Positions 56,383 to 64,000 of a stretch of DNA of 64,000 bases are shown piece by piece (position 1 is the stretch's first letter; the number at the start of each line of letters is the position of its first letter). Below the pieces are notes generated by a model. It was given only the letters and a program-made list of their open reading frames with translations. It was not told where the DNA came from and did not search any database. The position numbers and the translations under genes were made by a program. Location of the stretch: contig OX597822.1 of assembly GCA_951406725.2 (NCBI GenBank), positions 20,894,001 through 20,958,000 of the forward strand, in the 5' to 3' direction. This DNA is from Octopus vulgaris. Its lineage: Eukaryota.

Positions 56383-56904
56383 CCATAAATCCTCGAGTAT
56401 AGTCCACCCTTGTGTATAAAACACAGAGGATGTTTAGGGTGCTGTACCTCTGAAAATCCTAAACCTTGTGTATAATATGCACCCCTTCTCTAACTTGAGT
56501 CGTGCGTAATTAAGCCAGCAGCACCTAGTTGAACAAACACTTCCACGCATGCTTAATACAATAATGGTGATGTTCTTAACTGTTATATGGGAATGTAAAT
56601 ATGTTTGCACATTGTTTTTGTTACATGTTATTCTGTGTTCTGAATACTTTTATTCTAATAAAGGTTGCTTACTGCAAGTTATGGATGATTCTTTTATGAC
56701 TTCATTGCTTTCACACTTAGCTTAAGGTATTTTCGCGTCCAACATCACAAAATGCATCTGAATAAACATTGCTGGACAGCAAATAGAGACTCGGACATTG
56801 CGTAGAAAATATTTTTCATTTTTAATCTCGTATATAGTACGCACTAGGGATCTTGACTTTTAAACTTTGGGAAAAAAATGCGGATTATACTCAAGGATTT
56901 ACGA
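56383..56904. mobile_element. Tc1/mariner (pogo/Tigger-like) MITE
   Basis: TIRs CCATAAATCCTCGAGTATAGTCC / GGATTATACTCAAGGATTTACGA with TA on both sides; no ORF. Confidence 0.75.
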
Positions 56905-56973
56905 TATATATATAGATATGTATATACACACACATATACATATGTTCATATTTATATATGTATATATATGTAT

Positions 56974-57027
<54 letters not shown>

Positions 57028-57039
57028 GATGTATATGGT

Positions 57040-57925
57040 GATCCCACACAATGAAGGACTTCTTGCACTCAATCACTTCCTAGACTTTCGACACCTCCAC
57101 ACTTCTTCATCTGGCTGAACTTGTTCTCTCCCTCAACTGCTTCTTGTTCATGGGGGATTTTTACTAACAGGCCTTAGCAGTGAGAATTTTTACCAACAGG
57201 TCTCGGGCCATGGGAATGTAAATGGGCCTCAACTATATGAACCTATTCATTGACTACATTGAGGCCCAAATATTCTCACAATTCACTGGTCCCACTCCCG
57301 GACTATATGGTCATTATATTGATGACTGTATCGGTGCGACCTCACTCTCCCACAAACAACTAAACTCCTTCCTCTCTTTTGTCCAATCTTGCCCTTGAAT
57401 TCTCCTGCACTATCTCTAACACTTCTGTTGCATTTCTCAACATTTCAGCCAGCATACACCACTCTGCTCTCACTATCTCCATCCACTATAAACACACTGA
57501 CTCACATTCAAACCTTAACTTTTCCTCCTCCCACTCTACCCACATCAAGCTCTTCATTCCCTACTCCCATTTCCTCCATCTGCACTGGTTCTGCAGTGAC
57601 AACCATGACTTTGAGACTCAGTCTCAACTCATGGCTCACCACTTCATCTTTCGTGAATATTCCCTTACCACTATCCACACAGACCATATTCCATGGACTG
57701 TGCCTCTGCTCTCTCTCCCCACACCCACCCTGCCATTGCCTGTCTCCTGTTTCCCCTCACCTACTACCCCTCCAATGCACCATTCTCCAAGCCTTCCAGC
57801 GACTCCAGTCCGACCCCTCCACCTTGCACATCTTCCCCAACCAACCCCATCCCTTCAAACAAGCCTACACCCTGCGTAACCTCCTGGTCCACAGTTTCTT
57901 CCCTCACCCCACCTGCCAGCCTGGC
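57040..57925 (+). pseudogene. Older Neptune-type PLE RT fragment related to 5005-7116
   Basis: IPHNEGLLALNHFL, HYKHTDSHSNL, IPYSHFL, LQSDPST; collinear with 5140-5850 and also carries RT sequence that is deleted in that copy. Confidence 0.88.
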
Positions 57926-58724
57926 TTGTATTTATTAAGGCACTTAGACAGATGGATCAGCATGCATTGGATAGATTTTTGGAATTGTGATTCTTAAGTG
58001 TAACATAGAATATATGGCAAGCAATATTTATGATTAGCTATCCTTAAGAGTGTGGCTAGCTTCCTCACTTCTGTGTTTAATTCAATGTTAGTTGTTAGGT
58101 CTCTTGTATGTTATAGTAATGTAACAAGTCATAGGTGTGTGGTTGCTTTTGTTTTATATATTTCCTTTGTTTTAACAGTAAGCATGTATCATGAGAGTAT
58201 TGCTTGAAATGTGCCAAGTAATTGTTTAAAACGTTCAGAAATGAGCTAAAATATTGCCAAAACCTTATCTTTTTGTCACTGTTTATCAAATCAACTTCAA
58301 ACCACTCAAGGATCTTCTGTGATTCGAAGCCAAATGTATCTGTGAATGTACCATCAGTTAGATTCTCAAAGAAGTTGACTTTTTAACATATGCATTTAAG
58401 CATACTGTCTTCTTAATAAAGCATGTAAAGCATGTTAGATAAAGCCTCTTTGATGGTATTTGGATATCTTTCAATGAATATAGAAACAGTTGTATGTCTT
58501 CAACTGTCTGTTACTTATCTATAGATAGCACTTGATAATGTTTGAAGCAATCATAAATGTAGATGTAGAAATGAATGAAAATAGGACTTAATACATGAGA
58601 AAATTAAATGTGTTTATTAAGGCACTTAATTCCCATTACTTGTGTAATATATATATATATGTAAGAATGTATGTACTTATGTATGTATGTATGTATGTAG
58701 GTATGTATGTATGTATGTATGTAT

Positions 58725-60028
58725 ATCATTGTTCAGTTTTATTTCAAGATTTCTTACCAATAGAGAAAGAGCCAGTTTCTTACCTAGATTCAAGGCTCTT
58801 CATTGGAATTTCAACATCAACAACAAGGTATTTTTGCTTGTATGTGTGTATATGTGTAGATAGTAGCCTATCTAGATATGTTCATATATATTTAAATGCT
58901 AACTTCTGGCAAGTTTTACAGATTTTTTACAGTTCCAGTGATGGATTGGATTTATAGTCTTCAAATTAGCTTTCTCCTTTCTGATTTTGAGAAGCTTAAT
59001 TTCTCAAGATTGGTATTTAGGCAGTGTGCTACATATCCCAGGGCCTCAATGATTACAGGTATAAACCTGAACTTGTAATCTGGATAGAGTAACTGCAGAT
59101 TTCTCAGTAGTTCAGCATAGGTATTCTTTTTTTCACTCATCTTCAGCTTTATGATAACATCTGCTGGGAAGCTAATTTCCACAACTGTGCACAGTTTCTC
59201 TTTTATATCCCAAATCATTATATCAAGTCTGTTGTGCTTACATTTTATTGAGGTCTTCACTGGGATATTACACCAGTACTGCTTTTTATTATGAGTGGCT
59301 ATGACTTCTACCACACTATGAGTTCTTACTTCTTTGTCCTCAGGGTTGTCTTTCTGACAGATTTCATTATAGAATGTCCTAGCTACAATATCATGTCTCA
59401 TTGGTAGATAATACTGTGATCACATTTTTGGACAACTGCTTATGATGTGGGTGATATCCTCAGTGTTAACTCCACAAAGTCTCCATTGGTAGTCACATTT
59501 TACTGCTTTTTCTACATCAGTACCTTTTGTTCATCAAGTACTTAGTTGATATTTCTTGTTCTTGGATTACAAATGCATACCCTTCAAAATGGAAGGTAGT
59601 AATCTGGCTATTGGTCCATGATAAACTGCTTTGATGATGGATGCTACAATCATCTTGGAGCTTTCTATTAACATATCCATGCATACTCTTCTACTCATAC
59701 AGGTTCATCCTTTTATCTGATGATACATTGAGGTAGAGTCATGTGACTTCTATGGGCATGTATTCTAGGTTGTCAGACAAAGAACATTGCTCAAGGAACT
59801 GCCTTCTAAGTCTTATGATGTTATCATCTTCATGTATGCAAATTTGGTTAAGGGATGCGCTTCGACATTTGGTGGTTAAAAGATGTTACCACAGGGATAT
59901 GATATGACATTCAAAGGCATTTTGGATCGATGTTAAGCCTCTTCTGCCTTGTTTCCATTTTAGGCAGAGGCAGTCTACATCACTGTTTATGTGGAAATTA
60001 TGTGTGCTTGTTAGTATTTTTCGGGTTT
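58725..60028 (-). mobile_element. 5'-truncated R4/Dong-clade non-LTR retrotransposon (RLE endonuclease), decayed
   Basis: TRKILT..FHINSDVD.L....GRRGL, zinc-knuckle remnant LCGVNTEDITHIISSCP, RHDIVA, HNRLDIMIWD, VVEIS.P, EKKNTY, IPVIIEALG; both ends abut (TACA)n. Confidence 0.88.
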
Positions 60029-61599
60029 GTATGTATGTATGTATGTATGTATGTATGTATGTATGTATGTATGTATGTAGGTATGTAGGTAGGTAAGTAG
60101 GTAGGTAGGTAAGTAGGTATATGTGAAAGTGTGTGGCCTAGTGAGCAGGGTGTTTGGTTTACAGTCATAAGACCAGGTAGTGTGTTGTGTCCTTCAGCAA
60201 GTCCTTTCGTTTCACTTTGATTCAACTTATTTAACTGAAAATAAGTACCAGCTGATTGCTGGTGCCACCTTCTCCGTCTCCAGCTGGCACGTCATTGATG
60301 CTTAGCTAAGTCAAGGGCAGGGAAACTGAACGAACAACTGTGCCTGCTTTTAACTACAGAAGCACCTAAAACAATTAACATGTTACTTGCCAGCAAGTCA
60401 TACTCATGTGGGAGTGATGGTTATGGATGTATGTGTGTATGCATGCATGCATGAGAAGCCATACACATTTCAGTGTGAATGTGTACCTTGCATTTAACCA
60501 CCCACTCAAAGAAATAAATAAAAGATTTTGTAGTAGCAGAGCAGCAGCATTCTTGGAAAATCTTTTGATCAAAGGCTTATAATTAGGTTTGTATCAAGTG
60601 AAGTATGTAAAATTAGTTCCTGTCTTTAACTTTGTTACAGTAAGCAATCAATCTACTGCAATTGTCTTTGATAATATAAAAAAACAATCACGATATTCAC
60701 CTTATTCACTTTTTTTTACAACTTTTATTCTGATATATCTTTTTGCTGTTTTGTTTGTCACAATGGTTCTAATATCTTATTAAAATTTTTTTTTTTTGTC
60801 TTAATTTGAATTCGGTTTTCTCAAAGATTTTAATTTGCAAGAGAGCTAAAAATCTTGATTTGTAAGTAATTTAATAACCAGAAAATTCTTTTGTTTTCTG
60901 TTTTAAATTTTGGTGTCACTATACTTTGTGTGTGTGTGTGTGTGTGTAGTGAAGAGTGTGGGGTTATATGTGAGATAGCTTTAATTTTTTTAAATAAACA
61001 GTTGTGTATATTTAGATTTTAGTGATCTGAATTTACAGGAAAAACCATTTTAAGAGAAAAGATAAAGTAGTAGTAGTAGTAATAGTAGTTGTAGTAGTAG
61101 TAGCAGCAGTTGTAGTAAGTAGTAGTAGCAGTAGTAGCAGCAGCAGCAGGTGGTGGTGGTGGTAGTAGTAGTATTAATAGTGGTAGTAGTCTTTTCTTTA
61201 TTAGCCTTATGAGCCTCGCAGAAACTTTGTTTTATACCAATATGGTGGGTGTACAACTGCTGTACAATGCCAAGGGACAAAAATACTACAGAACCTGAAA
61301 AATGTTAAAAATTTATAATGATATATAGTTAAAAAAAAAAAAAAACAGCAACAAAGCAGTAGAAACCACTACCTATATGTGGTGGGCACTGTGCTGATTA
61401 TCCTCTGCTACATTGCACTCTGAAGTGTTGCTCTCCTTTTTCAACTGTAGTCTGCTTGTAGAATTTAAGAACTGGTTTTATATCAGTTTCACTGGCTGTA
61501 GCTACCTTTCTTCAAAATTTGTTAGAGATAGCAAAATGTGTTTGAATGCCAGAGTACAAATAAGCTGAATAAAAAATAGACAAAAAAAAACCGACTATA

Positions 61600-61825
61600 A
61601 AGGGAAACAGATGTAATGTGCAAGAGAAGGATATATTGGTATGGGCATGTGATAAATATGGAGGATGATTGCAGCATAGGGAAATGCTATTTTAAGCCTG
61701 TGATACGAGCAAAGGAGGGAGACCAAGGAAGAATTAGAATAGGGTAAAGGCTGACTTGAAGATGTTGCATCTCATAGAGAAGATGAAAGGAACTGCACTG
61801 ACATGGCAAAAGCTGCACTCTGAGC
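61600..61825 (+). pseudogene. Decayed RTE-like LINE 3' fragment
   Basis: WYGHV motif followed by a G(R)PR-type motif; a similar remnant lies at about 38905-39170. Confidence 0.45.
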
Positions 61826-64000
61826 ATGTGTGTGTGTGTATTTATTCCTTGTTAAATCTACTTCACCACCATCTCACCTTACATCCTCCACACTTTGTAT
61901 TCTCACACTTCTTTTCCACAGCCCTGGTGTCTTCAGCAATCAAATCACATATTTCCCCATTTTATCAGTTACACTTGTTCTATTCCACTATCAGCCTTGC
62001 GTAATATCTTCCAATCGTGTCTAATCTGTTACTCTCTCTATTACCACCTTCTCACAACTGTAAACCTGTTTCTTTCATCATACTTTACATTCATCTTCTT
62101 GCCTAAAATCATCGTGTCATCATTTTCCTGTTCTCTGTTCTCTTTTAGCGCTGGTGTTGTAGAAAAGGTATCCAGTACACTCTGTAAAGTAGCTGGCCTT
62201 AGGAAGGGGATCCAGTAGTAGTAACTATACCAAAAGCAAACATTTGGGCATGGTATGGTTTTCTGATGCATTAGATTGTGTTTGAACCATCCAACCCATG
62301 CAAGCATGAACAATAAACATTAAATGATGATGATGTGAATGTGTGTGTGCACGCATGTGCATGTGTGTGTATGTATGTGTTTGTGTGTGTGCACGTGTAA
62401 ATAAGAAGTAAACTTTTAATAATTAAGCTAGTAATGGTATTGACATTTTTGGTGAATGTAGTGTATTAGTTGTGCTATTATGGAAAAAGATACTCTTAAC
62501 AGTTGATGATGTTTTGATGTGTAGGTAAATGATACTGGTGATGTAAAAGATACCAGTAGCTGGTGTAATTTTGATGATGATGATGATAATGAAGATGATA
62601 GTGATGATAATGATGATATTTTTAATAGGTGTTTTGAGGAGAATGATGAGGAAGATATTTATTGTTGGTCACATGTAATACAAAGTTATTGGTTGTTACG
62701 ACGATTGAAAATTAGCAGGAAATAGATGGCATTACATTTTAGTGGTAGAAATCTTAGTGAAGGTGATGGTGGCAATGGTGGTGATGTAGTAATGGTGGTG
62801 TTGGTGATAATGGTAGTGATAGTAGTGGCGATGGTGGTGTGATACTAGTGTTAATGATGATAGCGATGGTAATAATTATGATGATGACCAATGCATATCA
62901 TGTTAGTAGTTGTAATAAGGATAGAAACATTAGTGATGATGAATGCAGTACCCTTTCTTAGTCTAAGCATGGAATATGTTCCAGACTTAATCAAATTATC
63001 TTAGATGTGTCAGCAGAGAGACAAACCTGATTAGTATCATTGCTTTAGTAACCTTGACAACCCACCAACACTGCTGCCTTCATTGCCTCCAACCCCTCCA
63101 CTACCAATGACAATGATACTACCCTGCTAATTAGTGGATCACTAGCAAACACCCATTTAACCAACCAGCTTGTTTTATTTCAATCAAGCTTATCAACTGG
63201 GTTATGTAGCATGATTCCACCCATTTCCGCTCTACCACAAACCTATGTCTCTTATTTAACTCTACGTCCAATCAACCTAATTCTCCATCCATCGATCTGG
63301 CTATCTATCAAACATAACTCTGTATCATTGTTTTAATCATACCATCTATTTTCCCCCTGCCTTATTACTGGATATAGTTTCATATGTGTGTGCATGCACA
63401 CACACACACACACACACATACACATGCTGTATGACTACACACACATACGACTCTGGTTACTTTCACGTATAGATTGAGTCATTACATCTCTCCTGCATCC
63501 TTCATAGTATTTTGTTCTGAGTCATATTGAGCTGATTTCAGTTTCCTATGAGGTCAATTTTGCTTTCCATCCTTTTAGAAGTTTGATTCTTTAAAGTAAT
63601 TAATTTGCTGTTTTTCTTCTATGTCTGCAATCAGATTTAGCACATATAAATTTTGTACCCCACTTCTCGAATCGATAGCCTAAATATCAGCATTATACTG
63701 TGACAGACATGTTGCTGTTGATAATATAATCCTCAACAATTACAACAGCAAAATTCATTTTAAGCTTAAAAACTGATTCATCATCACCCCATGTCAATTC
63801 ACACACACACACACACTTACACACATACACATATATACACATGCATAATTGCACAAAGTTAAATTTAAAAAGTACAATAAAACACAATAACTAAATCAAA
63901 ACATAATTTAAAGAAATAAAACATGAAAGATTTCAAGCTAGTAAGAAGTTGGGCACTTCACGACCCTGTTCACTTAATCATTTTTCAAATTGCGTTCAAG

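Overview
AT-rich, repeat-dominated animal DNA. The SINE families and (TA)n/(TACA)n load suggest a coleoid cephalopod such as Octopus (inference). No host protein-coding exon could be supported, so the window is probably intronic or intergenic. Mobile elements present: decayed Penelope-like retroelements (PLEs, including a Neptune-type RT+GIY-YIG copy), a full-length decayed mariner, a near-intact CR1-clade LINE cut by an assembly gap, a near-intact Merlin (IS1595-family) transposon, R4/Dong-type RLE retrotransposon fragments sitting in (TACA)n tracts, two tail-to-tail non-autonomous Helitrons, MITEs and many tRNA-derived SINEs. The most notable signal, invisible in the ORF track, is a set of type-I hammerhead ribozyme (HHR) motifs from at least five unrelated sequence families: seven clear copies plus one degenerate one. 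All clear copies have a palindromic stem III. They lie in mostly non-coding, (TA)n-flanked, tandem or inverted PLE/retrozyme-like units. They include a U3-A8 compensatory core, an A6U core and unusually long stem II insertions. Two loci carry the same ribozyme on both strands; one of these palindromes has the Merlin element at its centre with no target-site duplication. All structures were folded by eye and none is experimentally shown.
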